Assembly: GCA_963845185.1 (NCBI GenBank)
Contig: CAWJRG010000009.1
Span: 936,315-1,000,314, forward strand
Origin: an uncultured bacterium
GTDB lineage: Bacteria > Oederibacteriota > PGYV01 > CAWJRG01
Reading direction: 5' to 3'
DNA: 64,000 nucleotides
Shown: piece after piece, positions 9,498-19,271 of the stretch
Numbering within the stretch: the stretch's first letter is position 1
Layout of the letters: each line of letters opens with the position of its first letter
Position numbers and translations under genes: made by a program
Notes under the pieces: generated by a model
What the model saw: only the letters and a program-made list of their open reading frames with translations
Database searches by the model: none
What the model was told of the DNA's origin: nothing

Positions 9498-10205
9498 TTA
9501 TTTCTTTTGTCCGTTTTCCGGTTTATTATACTCATATCTTGTATTTTCAACAAGTTCCCCTTTTGCATTGTATGCTTTGTGGCGTATAAGAACCCCGAAT
9601 TTATAACTTTCATCTAAATGAAGCTTGCCGTCCTGATAATAAATTTTATGAATACCATGAAGTTTATTCGACATAAATTCAGCCTCTTCTTTTAATGTCC
9701 CATCCGGATAAAATTTTTTCGCTTTCCCTTGCATCGCACCATACTTCATCTCAAAAACAGAAAAAAGTTTTCCATTTTTATAATAGGTATTTACAGTGCC
9801 ATCCAACAACCCCTTTTTATAAGATCCTTCCTCATATATTGCGCCATTATCATAGTAAATTTTATATTTGCCTTCTTTCATGCCGGTTTTATACGAACCT
9901 TCCTCCATCATGCCAGGCCTATTGTAATAATAAAACTTGTAAGGCCCTTGTTCAATGCCGTTTTCGTAATTTATCTCGCTTAAAATCTTGCCAGATTTAT
10001 CATATTCCTTGAACGCCCCGGAAAAAGACTCGCCTTTTTTTTCCACTCTGCCATCATTAGAATATGTCCATTTTGCGATTTCTTTGTTATCACGATAAAA
10101 ATATCTATAAGTTCCATTCAACCCGCTTTTGGATGTAAGTTTGGCAGCCAACGTTGAAGTTAAAAAAAGTATAAATATCAATATCAGTACTGATATTTTT
10201 TTCAT
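9498..10205 (-). CDS. MORN-variant repeat (YwqK-like) secreted protein
   Basis: Repeated G.YK.YY.NG...EEG.YK.G units; signal peptide; ATGA overlap with upstream gene. Confidence 0.88.
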   Translation of the reverse strand: MKKISVLILIFILFLTSTLAAKLTSKSGLNGTYRYFYRDNKEIAKWTYSNDGRVEKKGESFSGAFKEYDKSGKILSEINYENGIEQGPYKFYYYNRPGMMEEGSYKTGMKEGKYKIYYDNGAIYEEGSYKKGLLDGTVNTYYKNGKLFSVFEMKYGAMQGKAKKFYPDGTLKEEAEFMSNKLHGIHKIYYQDGKLHLDESYKFGVLIRHKAYNAKGELVENTRYEYNKPENGQKK

Positions 10206-11650
10206 CTTTCATTCTCATCTAAACTTTTTGTAGGAACTGCGCTTTGAATAATTTGAGTTTGTACCTTATATAATGAATTTGGTATTCCCCTTTTCTCTTT
10301 TGGGCGTTTAGAATCTCTATTACCGTATAAAATTATGGTTTTTACGTCGACATTTTGCTTTATAACTATTGACTGATTTCCGTTTATCAGAATATTTCCT
10401 ATCAAATTCTGATAATCTGAAGCATCATTTATTATTATCCCTCCATTTTGCACCGTATTGCGTAGGAATGTATTGCCTGGCCCGCACGGCCCCCAGTAAT
10501 CTGATATTTCAATTTTCTGCACGATATTGCCTTCAAATAAATTCATAAAAGGATAATGTCCGTGCACTGATATATCGCAAATAGTTGTACCCGGGTCGTT
10601 GTCAGCCGTGGCAAAACTTTCTTTTGAAATGTTATACCCGAATACATTTCCATTGGCGCCAAGATGCACCATCATAGAATGCCTCAGATGAAAAAATTTG
10701 TTATTTTCTACAAGGCAATTTGCAGTGTGATGTTCCATTTCTACCCCATACCCGTGCCCGCCACCGCCGTAATCATACGCATGATGAAAATAGCAATCAC
10801 GCACCTCGCATTTATATGAAGTTTCAAGCGCTACGTGGCTTCTCATAACGTATTCACTTTCCACGCTTTTAACCCAGCAATAAGCTGCATTTTTAATGGT
10901 TATCATGTTCCCATCGCCTTTATCAATTCGTTTTAAATGCATGTCTTCAATACCTGCGTTTTTCACAAACTCCAAAGGCCTCAAACGAGGATTTAATTTG
11001 CTATCGAAAGTTATATGCAGGGGTTCATCAACTATTATTGAATTGCCTTCTATTGTATTAACCCGGAATATCTGTCCAACTGCGTTTTGCGCCCATGTTT
11101 GGTTCCAGTTCGGAGACGTATACATTTTTTTAGGGTCATTGTCTTCAGTAATTTCTGCAAATTTTCCAGGAATAAATAAAGACGGGGTTTCAACCTCAAT
11201 TTTAACCGAGCCTTTTTCATATCCTGATTTTGCTTTTTGCCAGTTCCCCGAATCATACAATACTAATGAAATGGCATCTACAGAAGATGCCTCGTCTAAA
11301 TTAAATATTAAATAAGTTTTATCTTTTCCGTCTCCCCGAATTACAATTGACTTTTCTATTGTAATCGGCGATTTAATGAGATAATTACCAGCTGGTAAAA
11401 AAACTGCCTTCCCAGCTTCACACGCTGTTATTGCTTTTATTAAAGCCTTAAAATCATCGCTTTTCCCATCAGCTTTGGCGCCAAAATCCATTATATTTAT
11501 GCTATTTGGGTAATTTGTTATTCCTTCCGGGATCCCCACGTTTGTCCAATCAATTTTTTGTTCTGGTGGAATTATAGCCGCTGCTGATTGTGCAATTAAA
11601 ACCACTGTAACAATAAATATAAATAATAAAATTAGTAATAATTTTCCCAT
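10202..11650 (-). CDS. Secreted pectate-lyase-superfamily parallel beta-helix protein
   Basis: NIMDFGAKADGKSDD...AVFLPAGNYLI N-terminal motif; repeated N(L/V)FEGN-type beta-helix turns. Confidence 0.8.
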   Translation of the reverse strand: MGKLLLILLFIFIVTVVLIAQSAAAIIPPEQKIDWTNVGIPEGITNYPNSINIMDFGAKADGKSDDFKALIKAITACEAGKAVFLPAGNYLIKSPITIEKSIVIRGDGKDKTYLIFNLDEASSVDAISLVLYDSGNWQKAKSGYEKGSVKIEVETPSLFIPGKFAEITEDNDPKKMYTSPNWNQTWAQNAVGQIFRVNTIEGNSIIVDEPLHITFDSKLNPRLRPLEFVKNAGIEDMHLKRIDKGDGNMITIKNAAYCWVKSVESEYVMRSHVALETSYKCEVRDCYFHHAYDYGGGGHGYGVEMEHHTANCLVENNKFFHLRHSMMVHLGANGNVFGYNISKESFATADNDPGTTICDISVHGHYPFMNLFEGNIVQKIEISDYWGPCGPGNTFLRNTVQNGGIIINDASDYQNLIGNILINGNQSIVIKQNVDVKTIILYGNRDSKRPKEKRGIPNSLYKVQTQIIQSAVPTKSLDENER

Positions 11651-11816
11651 TTATCCTACCTTTTATCTTCATATGATTATAATTGTTACAACAAAACTTA
11701 CGTCATCGCAGATATAAATCAACATTACTGCTATTGCTTATATTTAATTATAAAAGGCTTGATTTATAATAATTCAGTAACATTTACCATAAAATTCCAT
11801 ACTAAATATTATTAAA

Positions 11817-12662
11817 TCATGCCGATTGGCGTATGATAAGCTCCGGTTTAAGTATAATCAGTTTGTTTTCTTCTTTGATTTCCTTTTTTATACACTGCAC
11901 AGCCAACTCATAAGCAGTTGAACCCATCTCTGCAAGAGGTTGTCGTACTGTGGTAAGCGGTGGATGGGCATATGCTGCAACATTTATATCATCATAGCCT
12001 ATAACAGCAAGATCTTCAGGTATATTTATATTATTATTTACCTTCGCTTCATCCAATATTCCCATAGCTACATTGTCTCCGGCAGCGCAAAAAATTGCAT
12101 CCAAAACGATTTTATTCTTAATAAAACTCTTCATTATTTCCCTTCCTTCATTAAAATTATAATAAGCCACCTGCTTCATTCTATCAGGATCAAAATGTAC
12201 TCCATAGTCCTGCAATGCTTTTTTGTATCCTATCATCCTTTCAACCACGTTGGCATTGGTTTTATCTTCCTTAAATTCTCCCACCACAAAGCCAATTTTT
12301 TTTCTGCCCAGTTTGATAAGATGTTCAGTTGCCATGTAAGCTCCTCTAACATTGTCAACTTTTACGGTATGGGCGCCTTCCATAAACTCCTCGACAAAAA
12401 CAACAGGTATCCCTGCGTTTTTATAATCTTGTAGCAAATCTTGATCCATTGGTACGCTTATGGATATAAGGGCATCTGTGCGTTTTTCAGTCAAAATTGT
12501 CTTAAGCATATCCCTTTCTACTTCCGGATTACCTGTAGTGGGATAATAATTGATTTCGTAAGGGCTGTTAAAAAGATGTGGTTCAATGCCCTGCAGTATT
12601 TCATGCACAAAATTATTGGAAAAAAGAAATGAAACCACAGATATTGTGTGCGTTTTTTCCAT
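11817..12662 (-). CDS. LacI-family ligand-binding domain without N-terminal HTH
   Basis: VDNVRGAYMATEHLIKLG, IPEDLAVIGYDD, PPLTTVRQP, LIIRQS; starts directly at the core domain with its own GGGAG RBS. Confidence 0.85.
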   Translation of the reverse strand: MEKTHTISVVSFLFSNNFVHEILQGIEPHLFNSPYEINYYPTTGNPEVERDMLKTILTEKRTDALISISVPMDQDLLQDYKNAGIPVVFVEEFMEGAHTVKVDNVRGAYMATEHLIKLGRKKIGFVVGEFKEDKTNANVVERMIGYKKALQDYGVHFDPDRMKQVAYYNFNEGREIMKSFIKNKIVLDAIFCAAGDNVAMGILDEAKVNNNINIPEDLAVIGYDDINVAAYAHPPLTTVRQPLAEMGSTAYELAVQCIKKEIKEENKLIILKPELIIRQSA

Positions 12663-12896
12663 ATTTTATTTACTCCCTATTTTATACACTAAAATTTATT
12701 ATATAATGTTACACAATTAAATATGTAAAATCAAGAGCTATTCGTTTGAAATTTTAAAAAAAGCGTGATTTTAGTATTTTGCTATTTTTGTTAATAATTA
12801 AATATGAATATTATTACGCTCACAATAAAACGGAACTTTTTCATAAGGCAGGTTTAAATTTTGATTTTTAGTATATGCATCCGTGAATATATAAAA

Positions 12897-13091
12897 TTAA
12901 ACTTTCCTATTTTCCCCACTATAGATTAAAGCATTATCTATCCATTTTTCCAGCATTTCTTTTTTAAACCGCCATGCCTTTGAAATTTTAATACCAGGTA
13001 GTTTTTTTTCGTGAACAAGTTTATATACAGTGACGGGTTTAACTTTTAAAAAATCAGCTACATCCTTAATTGTCATTAATTCTTCCAGCAT
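12897..13091 (-). CDS. Small excisionase-like helix-turn-helix DNA-binding protein
   Basis: LMTIKDVADFLKV...TVYKL...LPGIKI...WRF pattern; 64 aa; GAGG RBS. Confidence 0.9.
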   Translation of the reverse strand: MLEELMTIKDVADFLKVKPVTVYKLVHEKKLPGIKISKAWRFKKEMLEKWIDNALIYSGENRKV

Positions 13092-13111
13092 TTATACCTC
13101 AAAATATTTCT

Positions 13112-13492
13112 TTAGTTACGACTACAGCTTTCGTGTGTTTCGCTAATAAATTGTTCCAAGAATTTTTGATCTTCTTCTTTTAGCGCAATAAAACTCAATC
13201 CTATTTCATATAGCCCCGCCGAATTTTCAAGGTTACACCATTCAACCTCGCAAAAAGCCTTAATTATTCTGTTATCCGAATTTGTTACATTTATTTCAAC
13301 GCGTAAAACAATTCCTTCTTCTATTTTGTGGGGTATCAAAATACATATACCGCCTTTAGATATGTTTTTTATTTTCCCTTTCTCATAACCAAAGTTAATT
13401 TTATCTAAATCGCTGCTGAGTATTTTATACTTGGTTTCTCCCACAATATCAATACGATTGGTTATACGTCTTTCTAAAAACTCTGTTTGCAT
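13112..13492 (-). CDS. Single-domain PilZ protein
   Basis: RxxxR (RRITNR) and NISKGG c-di-GMP-binding motifs; GGAGG RBS. Confidence 0.9.
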   Translation of the reverse strand: MQTEFLERRITNRIDIVGETKYKILSSDLDKINFGYEKGKIKNISKGGICILIPHKIEEGIVLRVEINVTNSDNRIIKAFCEVEWCNLENSAGLYEIGLSFIALKEEDQKFLEQFISETHESCSRN

Positions 13493-13530
13493 AATAAATC
13501 ACCTCCACAAATTATTTCCTTCAGATATAA

Positions 13531-13546
13531 ACAAGAAGTGTGCCAA
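13531..13546 (-). promoter_or_regulatory. sigma-54 (-24/-12) promoter upstream of the PilZ gene
   Basis: Minus strand TTGGCAC-ACTTC-TTGT versus consensus TGGCAC-N5-TTGC; correct spacing, C to T at -12. Confidence 0.7.
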
Positions 13547-13594
13547 ATTTAATTTATATAATTAAAGAACTTTTAATTTTAAATATAATAAAAA

Positions 13595-13640
13595 TGTGCC
13601 TGAAGGAACACTTTATTTCCTTTTTGTCCTTATTGGTACA
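13595..13640. promoter_or_regulatory. Two candidate upstream activator sites (TGT-N10-ACA)
   Basis: TGTGCCTGAAGGAACA (13595-13610) and TGTCCTTATTGGTACA (13625-13640), starts 30 bp apart. Confidence 0.55.
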
Positions 13641-15010
13641 ATTGAAGCCAATTTGTATTTTTGGATTTTTTTTGTTAGTATTTTTCGCGTTATGCCTAAA
13701 ATTTGGCAAGCTTTTGTTTGATTGCCTTTTGTTTGAATTAAAGCATTTATAATTGAACTCTTTTCGATTTCATGCAGGGGGGTATTAATTGGTATAGTCA
13801 TAATTTTTTCCCCTGTTACTCCGTGATAATTTGATAAATTAATTAGCTCCGAAGATATAACTTTATTGTTTGAAAGCACAACTGCTTCTTCAATGACGTT
13901 CTTAAGCTCCCTTATATTTCCAGGCCAATTATATTCCATAAGCAATTTCATAGCGTCTTCAGAAATAAATTTTTGTTCAATATTATTTCGGAGGGTAACT
14001 TCATTAAGGAAATAATCAATAAGCAAAGGTATATCCTCTTTTCTATCGCGTAAGAGAGGGAGAGATAAGGTAATAACATTTAGTCTATAGTAAAGATCTT
14101 CTCTAAAGTTCCCTTTCTCAACAGCTGTTTTTAAATCAATATTGGTAGCGCTTATTATCCGTACATCAATGCTTTTCAGTTTATTGCTGCCTAGTGGTTC
14201 AATCTTCCTCTCTTCAAGAACCCTTAAAAGTTTTGCCTGTACTTTGTCATTAATATTCGCAATTTCGTCAAGAAAAATTGTACCTTTATCCGCAATTTCA
14301 AATTTTCCCGGTTTATTCCCGTAAGCACCGGTAAATGCTCCCTTAACATATCCGAATAATTCTGATTCCTGCAAGCCTTCCGGTATCGCTGCTAAATTAA
14401 TTGAAATCAATTTGTTTTTTGCTCTTACCGAAAGATTATGAATGGCTTTTGCTACCATTTCTTTTCCAGTACCGCTTTCACCGGTTATCAGCACTGTTGA
14501 ATCTACTTTAGCAATATTTATTATCTTGTTGAATATATCCTTCATTTTGGAAGATTTGCCTATCATATTCTGAAATACATTCTCGCCATGTAGTTCGCCT
14601 TTTAGTAAAGCAAGATCTTGTTCCATTTTTATTTTTTCAAAGAATCTAGCAATAATCATTTTTAGCTCATCATAATTTATTGGTTTTTGAATATAATCTT
14701 CTATCCCTATTTTCATAGCTTTTACCGCTGATTCGACTGTACCATAGGCTGTCATTATTACAACTATCACATCTTTATCTATTTCCTTGAGCTTAAGGTA
14801 AAGGTCTAATCCATCAAAATCAGGCATTTTTAAATCGAGTAGAATTATATGGACTTTCTCATTTTCGACAATTTTTAACGCTTCCCCACCATTTGTTGAA
14901 GTAAATATTTTATACCCTTCTCTTTCAAGTATGGCTTTTAGCACTCTTACCGTGGTTTCGTTATCATCTATTACCAATATTTTTTTATCCTGCACGCTTT
15001 CCGACCTCAC
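13613..15010 (-). CDS. NtrC-family sigma-54-dependent response regulator
   Basis: Receiver (VIDD, LLDLKMP, MTAYG, KP), GESGTGKE, GAFTGA, FLDEI, WPGNIREL, Fis-type HTH. Confidence 0.96.
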   Translation of the reverse strand: MRSESVQDKKILVIDDNETTVRVLKAILEREGYKIFTSTNGGEALKIVENEKVHIILLDLKMPDFDGLDLYLKLKEIDKDVIVVIMTAYGTVESAVKAMKIGIEDYIQKPINYDELKMIIARFFEKIKMEQDLALLKGELHGENVFQNMIGKSSKMKDIFNKIINIAKVDSTVLITGESGTGKEMVAKAIHNLSVRAKNKLISINLAAIPEGLQESELFGYVKGAFTGAYGNKPGKFEIADKGTIFLDEIANINDKVQAKLLRVLEERKIEPLGSNKLKSIDVRIISATNIDLKTAVEKGNFREDLYYRLNVITLSLPLLRDRKEDIPLLIDYFLNEVTLRNNIEQKFISEDAMKLLMEYNWPGNIRELKNVIEEAVVLSNNKVISSELINLSNYHGVTGEKIMTIPINTPLHEIEKSSIINALIQTKGNQTKACQILGITRKILTKKIQKYKLASIVPIRTKRK

Positions 15011-15893
15011 TTTTTAAAGGGATTGAAACAGTAAAAGATGTGCCTTTATTTTTAGAGCTTTTTACATTAATTTTGCCGCTATGCCTTTTTACAATAGTTT
15101 TGGAAATATTTAGTCCTATGCCCATGCCGTCCTTTTTAGTCGTATAAAATGGTGTAAATATTTTTTTTAAATCTTTTTTATTGATACCTATGCCGTTGTC
15201 TTTTACCGTAATATACACATTTATTTTGTCCGCGTCTACAATTACTTCTATTAAAGGGTTTTTTGTATTATTGACAGCGTCATGAGCGTTTGATAAAAGA
15301 TTAACTATAACCTGCCTAATCTGTTCCTGATCTATCAATATTTCAGGGATGTTTGTTTTTTTCACCTTTATATTTATTTCAGTCGTAAAATTGTGTTTAG
15401 CAAGCATTATTATTCCGTTTATAAGGTTTATTATGTCGCTTTTTTGAAGTTTTAATTTCATGCCACGTGAAAAACTCATAAATTCATTCAAGTAACTATC
15501 TAGCCTACTGATTTCCCCTATAATTATCCGCGTAAATTCCTTTATATTATTATTATCTCCGTAATTATCTTCAAGATAAAGTGTGGCGCCTTTAATAGAA
15601 TTTAATGGGTTTTTTATTTCATGCGCCAGTGCAGCAACCATCGATTCAGTTACTTCATTTGCGCCTCTGTTAATATCTCCATAAAAATCTTTTTCGCTAT
15701 TTTCTGCTGAAATCGTTTTAAACAAATTATATGTGATTAATATGATTGTAAAAGAAACAAAAATAACCGGGATAATCAACCATAATTTATAAAACAGAAC
15801 CAAAAAACAAGAATATAAAAAAACAACAGCTGCGCCGGTAAGAATCCAAAGCTCTAATGATTTTTTTTGACTGTTCATGTCCAAGTAATCCAC
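14985..15893 (-). CDS. Membrane histidine kinase lacking an extracytoplasmic sensor domain
   Basis: Two adjacent TM segments then AHEIKNPL H-box, NLLSNA, DNGIG, FTPFYTTK, GMGIGL. Confidence 0.93.
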   Translation of the reverse strand: MDYLDMNSQKKSLELWILTGAAVVFLYSCFLVLFYKLWLIIPVIFVSFTIILITYNLFKTISAENSEKDFYGDINRGANEVTESMVAALAHEIKNPLNSIKGATLYLEDNYGDNNNIKEFTRIIIGEISRLDSYLNEFMSFSRGMKLKLQKSDIINLINGIIMLAKHNFTTEINIKVKKTNIPEILIDQEQIRQVIVNLLSNAHDAVNNTKNPLIEVIVDADKINVYITVKDNGIGINKKDLKKIFTPFYTTKKDGMGIGLNISKTIVKRHSGKINVKSSKNKGTSFTVSIPLKSEVGKRAG

Positions 15894-15901
15894 TTCTTTT
15901 C

Positions 15902-16618
15902 TTAATTTTTCATCACATTTATCATTTCCCGGACAGCTTTATTCATGCCTACAATGACTGCTCTTGCTACAATATTATGTCCGATGTTCAAATCTTCTAT
16001 TATTTTTATATTGGAAATCTCGCTTACGTTACTGTAAGTAAGTCCATGCCCTGCATTTATCCCCAATCCAATATTGTGTGCAAAACATACGGCATTTTTT
16101 ATTTTTTCTAATTCCTTTTTGATCGTCTTTTTATTTTTGGCATTTGCATATTGGCCTGTATGTATTTCAATAAAGTCGGCTCCGCAGTCTTTTGAAGCTT
16201 TTATCTGCAAAAAATCAGGATTAACAAATAGGCTTACTATTATTTTCTTGCCATGAAGTTTTCGTATTACATTTTTTAATCTATTTTTATATTTTATCAC
16301 ATCCATCCCACCCTCCGTCGTAAGTTCCCGCCTTTTTTCCGGCACTATAGTCGCTTCATCTGGCACTATTTTAAGAGCTTGATTGACTATAGCTTTATTT
16401 ATTGACATTTCAAGATTGAATTTGATTTTTAAAATCTTTTTTAAACGCTCCACGTCTCTATCGTTAATATGTCTTCTGTCTTCCCTTAAATGAACGGTTA
16501 CACCTGCTGCGCCTGCTGCTTCGACTATTTTAGCAGCTTCTACAGGATCTGGCACTCTCTCCTTTCTTGCTTGCCTGACCGTAGCCACATGGTCTATGTT
16601 AACACATAATTTTGCCAT
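15902..16618 (-). CDS. pdxJ: Pyridoxine 5'-phosphate synthase
   Basis: VNIDHVATVRQAR, HLREDRRHI, TTEGG, NAGHGL, LNIGH. Confidence 0.97.
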   Translation of the reverse strand: MAKLCVNIDHVATVRQARKERVPDPVEAAKIVEAAGAAGVTVHLREDRRHINDRDVERLKKILKIKFNLEMSINKAIVNQALKIVPDEATIVPEKRRELTTEGGMDVIKYKNRLKNVIRKLHGKKIIVSLFVNPDFLQIKASKDCGADFIEIHTGQYANAKNKKTIKKELEKIKNAVCFAHNIGLGINAGHGLTYSNVSEISNIKIIEDLNIGHNIVARAVIVGMNKAVREMINVMKN

Positions 16619-16620
16619 TT

Positions 16621-17043
16621 CTATTTACCTCCGGCCTTTTGTCCAGACAAACGTGATATACTTTTTAAAATAACGCTTATCTGCATTGGCGATATTTCCT
16701 CTATAGCAATAACATTTGGTAAAAATTTTATATTTTGCCGCGTGATTTTAATGATATTTTCGCCTTCCTGAGCTTTCTTTAAATCAATTACGGCTATTAT
16801 ATTTTTTCTTTCGATCTTTGCTATGTCATCACGCCTTCCAACAATAAGGACATCGAGAGAATTCTTGAAATTATTTGTTATTTCCATATTTACCGGAAGA
16901 TTATTGATTTCAACAGGGATATTAAGCAATATGTTTAAGTTCTGCTCCTTGACAACATATATCCACAGAATTATTGCTAATATAATCGAAGCAAGTTTAT
17001 ATTGCCATTTATCCGCAACTACATTTCTAAGAAAATTTTTCAT
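16621..17043 (-). CDS. cdaR: YbbR/CdaR-like protein (single domain)
   Basis: KLASIILAIILWIYV TM anchor plus one YbbR-like domain, directly after dacA. Confidence 0.8.
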   Translation of the reverse strand: MKNFLRNVVADKWQYKLASIILAIILWIYVVKEQNLNILLNIPVEINNLPVNMEITNNFKNSLDVLIVGRRDDIAKIERKNIIAVIDLKKAQEGENIIKITRQNIKFLPNVIAIEEISPMQISVILKSISRLSGQKAGGK

Positions 17044-17055
17044 GGAATTTTACCT

Positions 17056-17835
17056 CTATCTTATTTTAGGTGCGTATAAAGAAAGAATTTCAAGAAGGGT
17101 TTCGCCATTTATATCTGGAGTTATCTTGCCGCCTATCGCTAGTGATATTGTTTTTCTTTCTTCCGAAACAATTATCGTTATCGCATCTGTTTCTTCGGAT
17201 ATACCTATTGCAGCCCTGTGCCTCATTCCGTATGATTTATCAATGTCTTCTTTTTGAGTTAGAGGCAATATACAGCCTGCTGCAACTATTCTTCCTTCCC
17301 TTATTATCACAGCGCCGTCATGAAGCGGAGATTTCGAGTTAAATATTGTTACGAGTAGTTCAGATGTTGTTTCTGCATCAATTTTGGTTCCGGTATCTAT
17401 AAATGCCTTCAGGTTTATATCTCTCTCTAGAACTATAAGCGCCCCTGTTTTCTTTTTGCTCATTATTTCGGCAGCTGCCCTTATTTCTTTGTAAAGCTGT
17501 ACATGCTCTTTAAAAAAAACACCCCGAAACATCCTGTTTTGTCCCAGTTCGACAAGAGCCCTTCTCAATTCAGGCTGAAATACAATTACAAATGCGATAA
17601 TCCAGACAGCACTTAATGCAGTTAAAATCCATGTTAATGTATAAAGGTTTAACAATTTTGCTATAAAAACAAAAAACAATATTACCACAAGTCCATTAAG
17701 CATTTGAACAGCCCTAGTTTCATAAAGCAGAAGAAAAACATTATATATTACAAAGCTTACAAGCAATATATCCATTATATCATTCCATTTAATACTCATA
17801 AGTAAAAATGGCATCGTCTTTAAAAAATCCATCAT
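17056..17835 (-). CDS. dacA: Diadenylate cyclase CdaA/DacA
   Basis: Three TMs, IVFQPELRRAL, PLHDGAV (DGA) and GMRHRAA (RHR) catalytic motifs. Confidence 0.96.
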   Translation of the reverse strand: MMDFLKTMPFLLMSIKWNDIMDILLVSFVIYNVFLLLYETRAVQMLNGLVVILFFVFIAKLLNLYTLTWILTALSAVWIIAFVIVFQPELRRALVELGQNRMFRGVFFKEHVQLYKEIRAAAEIMSKKKTGALIVLERDINLKAFIDTGTKIDAETTSELLVTIFNSKSPLHDGAVIIREGRIVAAGCILPLTQKEDIDKSYGMRHRAAIGISEETDAITIIVSEERKTISLAIGGKITPDINGETLLEILSLYAPKIR

Positions 17836-17836
17836 A

Positions 17837-18697
17837 TCACTTCACCGCCTGCATTGGCTTACTGCCTATCATTGCATCCATAATTTTGGATATTTCGCCC
17901 ATTTCTTTTACGTCATGTACCCTTATAATGTTTGCGCCTTTCATTATTCCATATGAAACAACCGCTGCTGTGCCGAACAGCCTTTTTCTAGGTTCAGCAT
18001 CAAGAATCTTGCCAATGAATGATTTCCTTGAAGGTCCAATCAAAAGCGGCATGCCGAAGCCCTTAAATTCATCAAGGTTATTCATTATTTCTATATTGTG
18101 TTGAATTGTTTTTCCAAAACCTATTCCGGGATCAAGGATTATTTTATGATAGTCAATACCTGAAGATACTGCGCTGTTTATTCTTTTTTCAAAAAATTTT
18201 TTTATATCGTTTATTACGCCCGCCGGTGAATAAGACGGGTTATCCTGCATTGTTGCCGGTGTCCCTTGCATATGCATAATGATATAATAAGCTTTAAACT
18301 CTGCAGCAATTTCAAATATAGCGCTGTCATATGCTCCAGAATACACATCATTTATAATGTCCGCACCGGCTTCCAAAGCTTTCTTTGCAACAAATGGTTT
18401 ATAAGTATCTATAGATATAACTATATCATTGTTCTTTTTGCGTATGGCTTCTATAACCGGTATGACTCTTTCCGCCTCTTCTTCGGGATTTAAAGCCGTT
18501 GCGCCAGGTTTTGTTGATTCTCCCCCTATATCAATAATATCCGCGCCGTTTCTTATCATTTTAAATGCGTGTTTTACAGCTTTATCTTTATCAAAGTATA
18601 ATCCGCTTTCAAAAAATGAATCCGTGGTAATATTTAATATACCCATTAAATAGGTCTTTTTAAAATCAAAATCAGTTTTTCTTATCCGCATAAACAT
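17837..18697 (-). CDS. folP: Dihydropteroate synthase
   Basis: MGILNITTDSF, DIGGEST, DPGIGFGK, SRKSF, IRVHDV. Confidence 0.97.
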   Translation of the reverse strand: MFMRIRKTDFDFKKTYLMGILNITTDSFFESGLYFDKDKAVKHAFKMIRNGADIIDIGGESTKPGATALNPEEEAERVIPVIEAIRKKNNDIVISIDTYKPFVAKKALEAGADIINDVYSGAYDSAIFEIAAEFKAYYIIMHMQGTPATMQDNPSYSPAGVINDIKKFFEKRINSAVSSGIDYHKIILDPGIGFGKTIQHNIEIMNNLDEFKGFGMPLLIGPSRKSFIGKILDAEPRKRLFGTAAVVSYGIMKGANIIRVHDVKEMGEISKIMDAMIGSKPMQAVK

Positions 18698-18707
18698 GAC
18701 AAACTCC

Positions 18708-19271
18708 CTAATTTTTATGTCCTATAAGATCAAGCGCCTCTTTTCTTGTAGATTCATTTTTCCTGAAGGCTCCTCTTAGAGCTGAAGTAACCATTTTTGA
18801 GCCCGGCTTTTTAACACCCCTCATTGTCATGCAAAGGTGCTCAGCCTCGATTATGACAAGCACGCCGAGCGGATCAATGCAAGTGACTATGAAGTCGGCT
18901 ATTTGAGAAGTAAGCCTTTCCTGAAGTTGCAGCCGTTTCGCAAATATCTCGACAATCCTTGCAAGCTTGCTCAAACCCAACAGATTGTTGTTGCTTGGTA
19001 TGTATGCTATATGCGCCTTACCGAGAAAAGGCATAAGATGATGTTCGCACACAGAATAAAATGGTATGTCTTTTAAAATAATCATTTCGTCATGTTCTTC
19101 GGAATTAAAAACTTTGATAAGTTTTTTAGGGTTCTGATTTATACCCGAAAAAATCTCTTCATACATGTCGGCAACTCGTCGTGGGGTTTCTTTAAGACCT
19201 TCCCTATTTACGTTATCCCCTATTGCACTTATAATCATTTTAATTGCCTTTTTAATTTTTTCCTTATTCAT
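18708..19271 (-). CDS. folE: GTP cyclohydrolase I
   Basis: [30 protein letters not shown]. Confidence 0.98.
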   Translation of the reverse strand: MNKEKIKKAIKMIISAIGDNVNREGLKETPRRVADMYEEIFSGINQNPKKLIKVFNSEEHDEMIILKDIPFYSVCEHHLMPFLGKAHIAYIPSNNNLLGLSKLARIVEIFAKRLQLQERLTSQIADFIVTCIDPLGVLVIIEAEHLCMTMRGVKKPGSKMVTSALRGAFRKNESTRKEALDLIGHKN

